IMG/VR virus record: IMGVR_UViG_3300042691_036629 | Span: 117,500-171,766 of that record | Direction: 5' to 3' (one strand) | Length of the DNA: 54,267 nucleotides | Source: a virus | Taxonomy: Duplodnaviria; Heunggongvirae; Uroviricota; Caudoviricetes | In this document: positions 8,775 through 17,468 of the stretch, piece by piece | How positions within the stretch are numbered: position 1 is the stretch's first letter | Layout: each line of letters opens with the position of its first letter | Made by a program: the position numbers and the translations under genes | Notes under the pieces: model-generated | Seen by the model: the letters and a program-made list of their open reading frames with translations, nothing else | The model's database searches: none | Told to the model about the DNA's origin: nothing

Positions 8775-9052
8775 TCTAATATCTTATTAAGTTTTTCATC
8801 TCTAAACATGGTATGGTTTATGAATAGTTCTTTCATAAACATACCGATATAATTATCATAAATATCAACACCATCAACTTTAAATCCTGTTGGTTCTGGT
8901 ATAACTAATTCAGATGGTGTTGATTTACCTTCACCAAATATTCTATATACTTTATTCATAAACTCTTCACCAACATACCATTTACCTTCTTCTACAAGAA
9001 TGTTTTCTGTTCCTGATAATATAAAAGTTTTTATACAGAATATTTTTTCCAT
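8771..9052 (-). CDS. C-tag protein, KxIC-family-like
   Basis: KIFCIK...EEGKWY; ends RDEKLNKILE. Confidence 0.75.
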   Translation of the reverse strand: MEKIFCIKTFILSGTENILVEEGKWYVGEEFMNKVYRIFGEGKSTPSELVIPEPTGFKVDGVDIYDNYIGMFMKELFINHTMFRDEKLNKILE

Positions 9053-9765
9053 TAGTGTTTGTGATTTATTACTTTAGTTTCTCCTTTTTGAACGTGTTCG
9101 CGTTCGTTAAGTATTCTTTTTATTTTTAGATTTCCTCTTCCTTGATTTATAAACAAACTTCTTTTATACATCTTTAAAAGTCTTTCAGTAGAGAGTTTAT
9201 CAAGTTTTTTATCAATTGAAATATTAGTAAGATCTTCTTTTTTTCGTTTACGTAAACAAACACCATCTACATATCTATGTTCGGTATCTCCTACTTTAAC
9301 ACTCCATAGTTGGTTACCACCAAGATATTGGTGTTTGAATGTTATAATACCATAGTGTCCATTGTAGTGTACTGGGTCTCCTATTTCAAAAGACTTTGAA
9401 TATTCTTTCTTTGCTTCAATAACTTGACGATAATCAAACTTATATTGTTTAGTTGGAGTTCTAAGTTCTTCTAATCGTTTTTGTTGTTCTTGTGTATAGA
9501 TAATACTTTCTACATCAAATGATGGTAGTTCTTCTCTATCTGTTTTTAAGATGAAGTCTATAAGACTATCACGAACTTCAGCTTTTATATCAAGCATTTC
9601 ACACTCAATAGTAAATTGTGGTTTGTTATTATAATACTCTAAACTTATGTAAGTAATATCATAATATTTATCATCTTTAACTTTACTTTTCTCGATAGAA
9701 ATCAATCTCCAAAAGTCTTTTATATTGGATCTAATTTTATTTAGAATATTTTCATTATGTTCCAT
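9052..9765 (-). CDS. Hypothetical protein with SH3-like segment
   Basis: FEIGDPVHYNGHYGII. Confidence 0.7.
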   Translation of the reverse strand: MEHNENILNKIRSNIKDFWRLISIEKSKVKDDKYYDITYISLEYYNNKPQFTIECEMLDIKAEVRDSLIDFILKTDREELPSFDVESIIYTQEQQKRLEELRTPTKQYKFDYRQVIEAKKEYSKSFEIGDPVHYNGHYGIITFKHQYLGGNQLWSVKVGDTEHRYVDGVCLRKRKKEDLTNISIDKKLDKLSTERLLKMYKRSLFINQGRGNLKIKRILNEREHVQKGETKVINHKH

Positions 9766-9776
9766 GTGACAATATA

Positions 9777-10070
9777 TTATATTCCTAATTGATTTAATTT
9801 TATGTCTCTTATTTTCTCTTTTATGATATTTGTTATTATTTGGATATTACCACATAATTCTAAATCATAATAGGACTTATTAATTTCAAATGGGTGTTCA
9901 ATAACCTTTATATTATAATAAGTAAGATCTTTTGTGTGTAGTTTCTTATGAATTAATTTTATATAATTACTTCTACGAACAGTTATAAATTCATCAATCC
10001 AACTCATGTATGATGTTTGTTGTTTATGAATTAAACTCAATGATTCCCAATACCATTTTTTATCTTCCAT
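9777..10070 (-). CDS. C-tag hypothetical protein
   Basis: Ends RDIKLNQLGI. Confidence 0.75.
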   Translation of the reverse strand: MEDKKWYWESLSLIHKQQTSYMSWIDEFITVRRSNYIKLIHKKLHTKDLTYYNIKVIEHPFEINKSYYDLELCGNIQIITNIIKEKIRDIKLNQLGI

Positions 10071-10092
10071 TAGTATTATGAAGTATATCTAT

Positions 10093-10434
10093 TTAATTAA
10101 ATGAATAGATGAAACTTTCTTCGAAGTCATAGTTGTTAGCCATTTCTCTTAATTTATCAACTGTAATAGAATTATAAAAATCTTCACCTCTACCTACTAC
10201 ATCATAAACTAAATCACCCCAACTATCATCACCAACACTGATACCTGGTCCGCCATCATGTCCTAACCAAGCTGATTCATATTTTTTGAATAGAATGTTT
10301 GCTTTCTCATTTACAAATTCTTCTATTTCTCTTTGGTTATCTAAACCAGATAATTCATTTTGAATTCTTTCATAATCATGATCTGATTTCCATTTAAGAC
10401 CTTCGATTACTTTCCAAATTTCTTTCTCACTCAT
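10093..10434 (-). CDS. Hypothetical protein, possibly DUF4240-like
   Basis: W.VIE at N-terminus and GDDSWGDLVYDVVGRGEDFY; family call from memory. Confidence 0.55.
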   Translation of the reverse strand: MSEKEIWKVIEGLKWKSDHDYERIQNELSGLDNQREIEEFVNEKANILFKKYESAWLGHDGGPGISVGDDSWGDLVYDVVGRGEDFYNSITVDKLREMANNYDFEESFIYSFN

Positions 10435-10472
10435 ATCTTATAATATTATTATTACAAATATACTAAAAAATA

Positions 10473-10898
10473 TTATATACCAAGTGAATTAATTTTATAA
10501 TCTCTATCAAACTCTTTTACAATTCTTTTAAAGTCGTCTGTTAATCTAAATGCTTCATCATCTATTAAACATTGGTTTAGGAATATGTCTTTATTTAATT
10601 CCATTTCAGTTACAATCACTTCATCAAAATCTTTAATCTTATCATACTTATTTAATAAGGTTTGATATTGATAAGATTCTTTCCAGATGAATTCATCATC
10701 ATAATGATCAAACCATTGATCACTTTTTGGATCCCAATTGTCAGGCTCATCTAATATAGTTGAATAAGTTCTGTGGAATGTTCTCCATTTTTCAGCAATC
10801 TCATTTGCTTTATCTTTATCGGTGAAAAGACCAATAGTTATTAGTTGTGATCCTTCAAAATCACTATACATTATTTCTACTTGCCAAATCTTACTCAT
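10473..10898 (-). CDS. C-tag hypothetical protein
   Basis: Ends RDYKINSLGI. Confidence 0.75.
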   Translation of the reverse strand: MSKIWQVEIMYSDFEGSQLITIGLFTDKDKANEIAEKWRTFHRTYSTILDEPDNWDPKSDQWFDHYDDEFIWKESYQYQTLLNKYDKIKDFDEVIVTEMELNKDIFLNQCLIDDEAFRLTDDFKRIVKEFDRDYKINSLGI

Positions 10899-11236
10899 TC
10901 AAATAATTTATTTAATTTATCGTCTCTATCAAACTCTTTATATAGATTATTCAGTTTGTCTATTTTCCATTGTTGGTCAAAAATCTGATGTATATGTGTA
11001 TATAAAATACCTTTACGGAAATCTGGCTTACCACCATTTGGTATATGAGATAATCGAAACCAACATATCTCATCACCAACTACATATCTAAAATAATAAG
11101 CATCATCATTTTTAAGTAATCTAATAGTTTTAATTTTATTAGATTGTATATCACCAATCATCTTTTTATAAGCGTTAGATGTAGTGATATTAGCAAGAAC
11201 TATATTATCTGTATCAATCCAATCTATATGTTCCAT
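10895..11236 (-). CDS. C-tag hypothetical protein
   Basis: Ends RDDKLNKLFE. Confidence 0.75.
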   Translation of the reverse strand: MEHIDWIDTDNIVLANITTSNAYKKMIGDIQSNKIKTIRLLKNDDAYYFRYVVGDEICWFRLSHIPNGGKPDFRKGILYTHIHQIFDQQWKIDKLNNLYKEFDRDDKLNKLFE

Positions 11237-11248
11237 TAGAGTATAATT

Positions 11249-11755
11249 TCAACAATCATTATCTTCATCTATTAGTGTATCAACGTACCTTATATATGGC
11301 TCATCATTTAAAATTCTTTTATCATTTTCTGACAACGACTCTATTCCGTATAAGTTTATTTTATCTAAGATTATATCTTTTGTTATGTAGTTTTCAATAT
11401 AATCATCGAAGGTAATTATCATATTTTCTTTTAAGAATCCATATATTTCCATATCGTGTTTACCGTATAATACTTCATCGGTAATATCTTCTACTTTGGT
11501 GAAACCATCCATACCTTCGTGAATGATAGCATCCCATTTTTTAAATTCTATTGCGTATTCTTCTGGACAGAAACCTACACTTAGATATAGATCACCGTCT
11601 CTCCAATGACATACTTTACCGTCGTATCTAAGATCGAAGAAATCATAACGATTAGCAAAATCAATTAAAAAGTCTTTAGTTTCTTTTTCAAATTTATCAA
11701 GACCTATGGTAGTTTCTTCTTCAGAGAATGAAGAAATAAATCTGTATATTCTCAT
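11249..11755 (-). CDS. Acidic hypothetical protein
   Basis: 168 aa ORF. Confidence 0.7.
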   Translation of the reverse strand: MRIYRFISSFSEEETTIGLDKFEKETKDFLIDFANRYDFFDLRYDGKVCHWRDGDLYLSVGFCPEEYAIEFKKWDAIIHEGMDGFTKVEDITDEVLYGKHDMEIYGFLKENMIITFDDYIENYITKDIILDKINLYGIESLSENDKRILNDEPYIRYVDTLIDEDNDC

Positions 11756-11887
11756 TTATTTTAATTCAATAGATATATTATCAGTTTCGGTACCTAACAA
11801 ATTTGCTAACTTCTCTTTTAATTCCTCTATCTCATTGACATCAATCATAACATCTTTATAAACAGAGATTGATATAAGTTCTTTCAT
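11756..11887 (-). CDS. Small hypothetical protein (start re-called at ATG 11887)
   Basis: MKELISISV...; directly follows 11889..12059. Confidence 0.5.
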   Translation of the reverse strand: MKELISISVYKDVMIDVNEIEELKEKLANLLGTETDNISIELK

Positions 11888-11888
11888 T

Positions 11889-12059
11889 TTAGTTGTTGTT
11901 AGAATTTCTATTTCTTTTAATGATGTTACCAGCGAAGACAACGATGATTGCTATCCAAAGTGGTATTAGTACGATTGACCAAGACCAGTTAATTACTCCG
12001 AATATTTTTAGGATTATTAATATAATTAATACAGGTCCTAATATAGATTTATTTTTCAT
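11889..12059 (-). CDS. Small two-TM phage membrane protein (not in ORF track)
   Basis: MKNKSILGPVLIILIILKIFGVINWSWSIVLIPLWIAIIVVFAG...; LK.xGxIxWSWxxVLxPLW pattern. Confidence 0.75.
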   Translation of the reverse strand: MKNKSILGPVLIILIILKIFGVINWSWSIVLIPLWIAIIVVFAGNIIKRNRNSNNN

Positions 12060-12101
12060 ATTTATAGATTTTATTTTAGTATAAAGTTAGAAATATATTT
12101 T

Positions 12102-12335
12102 TTATATTCCTAATTCTTTAAGTTTAATTTCTCTTACTTCTGATATTGTTAAAAAATTATCAGCGTTATACTTTCTGAGCATTCCGTCTTCACATTTTAC
12201 TATATAAGATGGTTCGTCTGGTTTGAATGTGATTACATCATATATGATTGGTGCTGGTTCACATTCATACCACTCACCTTTTATAAGGACTTGGGTATCT
12301 ACCCAATTTACATTTATTTTGGATTGGCATTTCAT
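12102..12335 (-). CDS. C-tag protein, KxIC-family-like
   Basis: LIKGEWY...EDG; ends REIKLKELGI. Confidence 0.8.
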   Translation of the reverse strand: MKCQSKINVNWVDTQVLIKGEWYECEPAPIIYDVITFKPDEPSYIVKCEDGMLRKYNADNFLTISEVREIKLKELGI

Positions 12336-12574
12336 AGTCCAAGTTGTTTAAGTTTTTCTTCTCTCAGTTGGTTTTTTGAAAGTGTTATCTGATTTTGGTT
12401 CACAACATAATGTTTACTTACGTCAAATGCTTTATCCGGATCTGTTGGTATTAGTCTAATTTTAGTTAGACCTTTTGATGTCTTTTCATCTAATATCTCA
12501 GTTACTTTATATAAATCATAATTATCTCCAAATAATTTGATTGATACTTCGTCACCTACTTTGAAATCTCTCAT
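12332..12574 (-). CDS. C-tag protein, SH3-like (FKVGDEV)
   Basis: Ends REEKLKQLGL. Confidence 0.8.
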   Translation of the reverse strand: MRDFKVGDEVSIKLFGDNYDLYKVTEILDEKTSKGLTKIRLIPTDPDKAFDVSKHYVVNQNQITLSKNQLREEKLKQLGL

Positions 12575-12597
12575 AATCCAATTTCTTTATTTTTATA

Positions 12598-12629
12598 CAA
12601 AAATAATATTCTTTTTTAATATATACAAA
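12598..12629 (-). promoter_or_regulatory. Bacteroidota sigma-A-type promoter, overlapping a divergent TAATATATA motif
   Basis: TTTG-N20-TATTTTTG on - strand; TAATATATA at 12617-12625 on + strand. Confidence 0.65.
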
Positions 12630-12630
12630 T

Positions 12631-13062
12631 ATGAAATATTTAAAGATATTTGAAGATTTTAATGACCCTATAACGGAAAATAATAATAAGGCTAATGAGA
12701 TAGTAGATGATATTAAAACCATTTCATATCTTTTAGAAGAAGAAGGTTTTGAATTAAGATATACATTTGCTACTAAATCTGGTAATTCTTTTGAGGTTGA
12801 TGAATATAATAAAATCATTAATAGTCATGTTTTTAATACTAAATCAGTAAATATAGATATGGTGGTTGTAAAAATAATTGGAAGAACAATTACTGATCCT
12901 AAAACATTCCAAAGGACTTTAACTGATAGTGGTAAAGAAGCCATTGAGAGATATATTAATCTCTTAAAAGAACACTTAGATTATATAGACCCTAATAATA
13001 TAACTACTCAAAGATCTTTGATCGGGAATACAAATGTTATAATTAAATTAGATAAAGAGTAG
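12631..13062 (+). CDS. N-tag hypothetical protein
   Basis: MKYLKIFEDFND; TAATATATA 5 nt before ATG. Confidence 0.8.
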   Translation: MKYLKIFEDFNDPITENNNKANEIVDDIKTISYLLEEEGFELRYTFATKSGNSFEVDEYNKIINSHVFNTKSVNIDMVVVKIIGRTITDPKTFQRTLTDSGKEAIERYINLLKEHLDYIDPNNITTQRSLIGNTNVIIKLDKE

Positions 13063-13302
13063 ATATAATCTTATATCTCTTATAATAGATTGATCTCTTA
13101 AATCTGAAGCACCACTCTTTATATATTCCGATAAATATGATTCACATATACTAATAAACTCTTCAGTTTCTATTTCATCATTATCAGAATATAATCCATA
13201 GACTTCCTTCTTAATATCACTTACTACGCAATATAAATAGAATGATCCTGATGTCATAGAAGTCATTTCATTAATTATCTTGGTAGCAATTGATATTCTC
13301 AT
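13048..13302 (-). CDS. C-tag hypothetical protein
   Basis: Ends RDIRLYLLFI. Confidence 0.65.
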   Translation of the reverse strand: MRISIATKIINEMTSMTSGSFYLYCVVSDIKKEVYGLYSDNDEIETEEFISICESYLSEYIKSGASDLRDQSIIRDIRLYLLFI

Positions 13303-13574
13303 AGTCCTAATTCTTTTAGTCTATCTTCTCTTTTTGTTTGAGGGTTTATTTTTCGAGATTCTTCAGTTTCAACCCAACCAGTAAAAATTGTTTTATGCCA
13401 AAAATCACTATTGTGTTTTTTAAACTCACCATCTACTATTTTAGCAACAGATCTATATTTTATTTTAGGATATTCATTTAAATCTAATTCATATAGATGA
13501 TCATCATTTTGTTCACTTGCTACAATCATGCCAGTGTGTAATTCCGAAATATCTAATCTTCTTAATATCTTCAT
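13299..13574 (-). CDS. C-tag hypothetical protein
   Basis: Ends REDRLKELGL. Confidence 0.75.
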   Translation of the reverse strand: MKILRRLDISELHTGMIVASEQNDDHLYELDLNEYPKIKYRSVAKIVDGEFKKHNSDFWHKTIFTGWVETEESRKINPQTKREDRLKELGL

Positions 13575-13783
13575 TCTCCTAGTAACTCACTAAGTTTTTT
13601 ATCGCGAGCTTCAGCTTTTTCTCTTGCCAATCTTTCTTCCTCTGATTCTGATGGTTTTGATTCATACCATATTTTAGCGTCATAATATTTTGAAAGGTAT
13701 TTACCATCATATGTCATATACCCATCTTCATCGTCAAAAGAGTATTTACCATACTTATCGTATGTTGTATATTTATCTTTCAT
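13571..13783 (-). CDS. C-tag hypothetical protein
   Basis: Ends RDKKLSELLGE. Confidence 0.75.
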   Translation of the reverse strand: MKDKYTTYDKYGKYSFDDEDGYMTYDGKYLSKYYDAKIWYESKPSESEEERLAREKAEARDKKLSELLGE

Positions 13784-13787
13784 AAAG

Positions 13788-13886
13788 TTAACTTATTAAT
13801 AAGATTGCTATTATTCCCATTATACCTACTCCTAAAATCAAGCCAATTGTAAAATACTCAGCTCTTTCTGATTTCTTCTTAGCCAT
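13788..13886 (-). CDS. 32-aa single-TM peptide (not in ORF track)
   Basis: MAKKKSERAEYFTIGLILGVGIMGIIAILLIS. Confidence 0.55.
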   Translation of the reverse strand: MAKKKSERAEYFTIGLILGVGIMGIIAILLIS

Positions 13887-14064
13887 TATAGTTTTCTATT
13901 TCATCAACATATTCTGGGATTCTTATAATATCATCATACCATTGTAAATTACTTAAATCCTCATTTTTCATGGTTTCTAATAATATAAGATATTCCATTC
14001 CTGTTTCATAAAAGTTCTTTATAAACCAAGATATACGTTCTTCGTAAGTTAACTTTTCTCTCAT
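13879..14064 (-). CDS. Hypothetical protein
   Basis: TATATTTG box at 14070-14077 just upstream. Confidence 0.6.
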   Translation of the reverse strand: MREKLTYEERISWFIKNFYETGMEYLILLETMKNEDLSNLQWYDDIIRIPEYVDEIENYNG

Positions 14065-14087
14065 AATTACAAATATATGAAAAATAT

Positions 14088-14705
14088 TTATAAACCCAAT
14101 TCTTTTAGTTTTCTTTCTCTTATGTTAGATTTCATTATTGCTTCCATATTATGATAAACATCTTTAGTTGATTCCCAAACTTTGTTTGATACGGTACGTT
14201 TAACTATCTCATTATTAATTTCTATATAGAGTCTTTTCTTAGAAATAAAGTAGATTTGATTTATTTGATGTATCTCATATGGTACTCCAATACTTTTAAT
14301 GAAATCTTCATCTTGTATCTCAGTAACATAGATAGAATCTGTATCAATATAAAGAACAGTATCAATATATTTATTAAAGTAATATTCCATTATAGAATAC
14401 ATATATCCACTAATTCTAACTGAGTTTTTAAATTCTAACTTACCAAACCAACTATTTAATATTAGATTTTCATAATCTGAATGGTTATTCCTTTTAAGTA
14501 GTTCTTTTAAATCATCTATCTTTATATTTGATTTATCATCACCTGTTATTAACCCTTCGTCATAAAACTGTATAATAAGATGGGTATAAAGTTTTTTAAA
14601 CTCTATTTTTAAGATATTACTATGTATTGATAAGTTATTAAACTTAGAGTTTAACTCACAAAAACCACCACTGTTATTATGATTATCTAAAAATTGTTTA
14701 AGCAT
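14088..14705 (-). CDS. C-tag protein with family-B DNA polymerase-like motifs (fragment-sized)
   Basis: LILNSWFG (cf. motif B NSxYG) and VLYIDTDSIY (cf. motif C YGDTDS); ends RERKLKELGL; ATG at 14705. Confidence 0.65.
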   Translation of the reverse strand: MLKQFLDNHNNSGGFCELNSKFNNLSIHSNILKIEFKKLYTHLIIQFYDEGLITGDDKSNIKIDDLKELLKRNNHSDYENLILNSWFGKLEFKNSVRISGYMYSIMEYYFNKYIDTVLYIDTDSIYVTEIQDEDFIKSIGVPYEIHQINQIYFISKKRLYIEINNEIVKRTVSNKVWESTKDVYHNMEAIMKSNIRERKLKELGL

Positions 14706-14877
14706 TAATTCCAATTTGTTTTAATTTCCAATCTCTATAACATTTCTTACAAATCGTAACATTTATTTCTGTTTTAAGACCATTAATTTTAGCGGGTATA
14801 GTATAAATATCTTCACCAGTTATCACCTCATCACATTTAAAACAATTTGGTGATTTATATGACCAACTTCCACTCAT
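14698..14877 (-). CDS. C-tag Zn-finger-like small protein (not in ORF track)
   Basis: CFKC...CKKC; ends RDWKLKQIGINA. Confidence 0.75.
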   Translation of the reverse strand: MSGSWSYKSPNCFKCDEVITGEDIYTIPAKINGLKTEINVTICKKCYRDWKLKQIGINA

Positions 14878-15083
14878 TATATTCCCAATTCAGTTAATTT
14901 CTTATCTCTAATCACATCTGTGTGATAAACAGGTTTCCAAATGTGTGGATATTTAGAAAACTCACCACTTGTATATGGTTCAAATTCTCCAAGTTTTCTT
15001 CTATTACCTGGATAATCAGCAATCAAAATATATCCCTTAATCTCAGGGTGTCTTCTCGGTGTACTACACATACAAGGTCTCAT
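14877..15083 (-). CDS. C-tag hypothetical protein
   Basis: Ends RDKKLTELGI. Confidence 0.75.
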   Translation of the reverse strand: MRPCMCSTPRRHPEIKGYILIADYPGNRRKLGEFEPYTSGEFSKYPHIWKPVYHTDVIRDKKLTELGI

Positions 15084-15089
15084 TAACTC

Positions 15090-15494
15090 TTACTCTTCTT
15101 TTTTTATTTTCTTATCATTTGGAAGTTTTACTTTCACACCTACTGGTTTCCATCTAAAGTATGGAGGTAAACATTCACAACACATTTCTCTCTCACCACA
15201 CGTTCCACAATAATTACCATCACCATCATTTATCATGTATTTAAGAGCTTTCTCATTTATCTCTATCTCTGGAACTTTTTCACCACAGAAAGGACAAAAA
15301 TTAACTTCTATATAACTTTCATGTTTTCCCCAAGAAAAATCTCTAAAACCAAATGATAACCATTTAGGTTTTTTTGTGGATGGTAGATCAATTGAATACG
15401 AATCTTCAAAATTAAATTGAAGTTTTACAACTTTATGTTTTTTAGATTCATCACAACAATTTGTTGTTATAACATGTTCATATATTCTACTCAT
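15090..15494 (-). CDS. Cys-rich putative Zn-binding protein
   Basis: CC, FCPFCG, YCGTCG, CCEC. Confidence 0.7.
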   Translation of the reverse strand: MSRIYEHVITTNCCDESKKHKVVKLQFNFEDSYSIDLPSTKKPKWLSFGFRDFSWGKHESYIEVNFCPFCGEKVPEIEINEKALKYMINDGDGNYCGTCGEREMCCECLPPYFRWKPVGVKVKLPNDKKIKKEE

Positions 15495-15754
15495 TATAAA
15501 ATCTTATTTAATTGCATTTCTCTCCATTCTTCTAAAGTCACAAAGTTTTCTTTAGAAAAAATTAAACTATGAGAACCATATTCAGTTTTATCATCAAACC
15601 AAAATCTAATATAACTTGATGATAAGTATCTATCTAATTCATAGTAAGGTAAATCATAAACTTTACCAACTTCTAAGAAGTCGTCTTTTTTAAGATACTC
15701 ATTTCCCATACTATCTCTTCTCAAGATTTTATCATTTACACAAACTAATTTCAT
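15494..15754 (-). CDS. C-tag protein, KxIC family
   Basis: MKLVCVN...LEVGKVY; ends REMQLNKIL. Confidence 0.8.
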   Translation of the reverse strand: MKLVCVNDKILRRDSMGNEYLKKDDFLEVGKVYDLPYYELDRYLSSSYIRFWFDDKTEYGSHSLIFSKENFVTLEEWREMQLNKIL

Positions 15755-16011
15755 ACTCCTAATTCATCAAGTCTTTTTTCTCTCCATTCATCAACCGTTA
15801 TAAAGTTGTGTATGAAATATTTACCTTTAGCTTGACCTCTGCTAAGATCATCAATGAATTCAATTGATACCATATGAGACGACGACTTCCAGTAACTTCC
15901 TGCTAAAATTATATCTTCATCAGTAACTATGGCTTTAGCACCAGGTAAACAATTATATCCATCCACCTTCTCCTTCCAAACAAGAATGGTTCCTTTATTC
16001 AGTCTAATCAT
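15751..16011 (-). CDS. C-tag hypothetical protein
   Basis: Ends REKRLDELGV. Confidence 0.75.
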   Translation of the reverse strand: MIRLNKGTILVWKEKVDGYNCLPGAKAIVTDEDIILAGSYWKSSSHMVSIEFIDDLSRGQAKGKYFIHNFITVDEWREKRLDELGV

Positions 16012-16280
16012 CTAACTTCAATTTCTTCATATGAGTAAGCATTCACATCACTTAAAGTATGATACTTACTCCACCATTCTAAAAGTAGATTTCTTCTAAC
16101 ATCAGTATCATCAATATCTTCTAACTCACTATCAATTTCACCAAACCTCTTTTTTAGTCTTTTATTGAATTCATTAGCTTTATCACAATACTTTTTAGCG
16201 AATTCTTCTGATCCGGTTACAAATAGGGATTCTGTATAAAAATCATCCCACGAACCACCTGTTCTTTTAACTACAAACAT
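16008..16280 (-). CDS. Hypothetical protein
   Basis: ORF coupled to neighbours. Confidence 0.65.
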   Translation of the reverse strand: MFVVKRTGGSWDDFYTESLFVTGSEEFAKKYCDKANEFNKRLKKRFGEIDSELEDIDDTDVRRNLLLEWWSKYHTLSDVNAYSYEEIEVR

Positions 16281-16286
16281 AATATT

Positions 16287-16589
16287 TTATTTATATGACC
16301 ATTCATCATCTTCATCAAAGTAATAAGACTTTGATTTATCACCATCTGATATAGTACAATAGTATTCAAACTCTTGACATATTTCTTCACATAAGAAAGT
16401 ATCGATATCCTCTATGTTAGTTAATTCATTAGTTTCTATTTTGACATTATGTAGTTCTTCATCTATATCATAATCAAATGTTATAATTGAATCTGGATAA
16501 TCAGATAGAAATCGTTCCATTATTTTTTCACCAATTGAATCTATAATGTTAGTGTCGTCTGTGTAAACGAAAAATTCGGTTGTTATCAT
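16287..16589 (-). CDS. Acidic hypothetical protein
   Basis: ORF coupled to neighbours. Confidence 0.65.
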   Translation of the reverse strand: MITTEFFVYTDDTNIIDSIGEKIMERFLSDYPDSIITFDYDIDEELHNVKIETNELTNIEDIDTFLCEEICQEFEYYCTISDGDKSKSYYFDEDDEWSYK

Positions 16590-16918
16590 ATTCTCCCTGT
16601 TTTTGATGTTCTTCTTAATTCATTTGCTAAAGTCTCCATTGTTTCACTAACAATAGGATGATTTTTATATGGTTTTCCAACCACAAGTAAAGTTCTTAGA
16701 ATACCACGATCAGTTTCATTTAGATAACCTTTTAAATATTCGTTATATTTAACCATTGTTTCATCACTTGGTGATCCTGATCTTTTACCAGTGAATGGTT
16801 CTAAATGTTTTTCAGCACCTAATATCTCACTACAATCTTCATATATTCCGTGATATATTTTAAGATTATCATTTGTTTCTTTTGAGAACATCGGATTGTA
16901 TTGATATTCTTTTCTCAT
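16586..16918 (-). CDS. Hypothetical protein
   Basis: ORF coupled to neighbours. Confidence 0.65.
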   Translation of the reverse strand: MRKEYQYNPMFSKETNDNLKIYHGIYEDCSEILGAEKHLEPFTGKRSGSPSDETMVKYNEYLKGYLNETDRGILRTLLVVGKPYKNHPIVSETMETLANELRRTSKTGRI

Positions 16919-17160
16919 ATGTTTAACATTTTTAGTTTAAAGTCTCTAAGTAAAGGTAGTATTAAGTTTTTATCATTTTCACCTAAATCATCTATATACT
17001 TATGACATATTTCCATAAAGTCTTCTAATATTAGATCTTCATCCAATACATATTTGTAATTTAGTTCTTTTTTTATTTTAGATATAAAAAAATAGTTATC
17101 TAACTTACGTAAAACTGTAAGTTTTTCTAACTCCTTAATAAAATCTCTATACTCATTCAT
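16915..17160 (-). CDS. C-tag hypothetical protein (start re-called at ATG 17160)
   Basis: Ends RDFKLKMLNI; the ORF-track extension to 17226 reads through a tRNA-like RNA. Confidence 0.7.
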   Translation of the reverse strand: MNEYRDFIKELEKLTVLRKLDNYFFISKIKKELNYKYVLDEDLILEDFMEICHKYIDDLGENDKNLILPLLRDFKLKMLNI

Positions 17161-17162
17161 AG

Positions 17163-17242
17163 TGGTCAAGATAGGATTCGAACCTATGACGATGCGACCA
17201 TTAAGGGTGAGATACCACTTTCTCATTACGCATTACTTGACC
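17163..17242 (-). ncRNA. Non-canonical tRNA-like RNA A
   Basis: Acceptor GGTCAAG/CTTGACC+A; T-arm ATAGG-TTCGAAT-CCTAT; interior is an ATGCG/CGCAT helix enclosing TGAGA-AAGTGGTA-TCTCA and a short 6-nt-loop hairpin; no canonical anticodon arm. Confidence 0.7.
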
Positions 17243-17296
17243 AACCTACTTCCTTTCTTCGTCGATGCTCGTTGTTTAGTAGTAACCAATCAGAAG

Positions 17297-17377
17297 TAGT
17301 CAGGACAGGATTCGAACCTGTATCATAACGCTATAAGGAACTTAATCCACGATGACTTCCCATTAGCCCACCTGACT
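17297..17377 (-). ncRNA. Non-canonical tRNA-like RNA B
   Basis: Acceptor AGTCAGG/CCTGACT+A; D-arm GGCT-AATGGGA-AGTC; T-arm ACAGG-TTCGAAT-CCTGT; no 5-bp/7-nt anticodon arm. Confidence 0.7.
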
Positions 17378-17410
17378 AACATTGCCCATTATCCATCGGA
17401 AATGTTTCTA

Positions 17411-17418
17411 CAAATATA
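17411..17418 (-). promoter_or_regulatory. -7 box (TATATTTG) upstream of the tRNA-like pair
   Basis: caaatata on + strand; no clear -33 box. Confidence 0.5.
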
Positions 17419-17468
17419 ATAAATATTTTTAATATATACTTTATAATATAAAACAAATTTCATTTAGT

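Noticed and set aside
269-16011. Integron-type attC sites between the small cassette-like genes
   Set aside because: Genes overlap or abut with no room for attC palindromes, and no integrase is seen.
17161-17226. N-terminal extension MRKWYLTLNGRIVIGSNPILTT of ORF 16915..17226
   Set aside because: It is the translation of tRNA-like RNA A; ATG 17160 directly after the RNA is the more plausible start.
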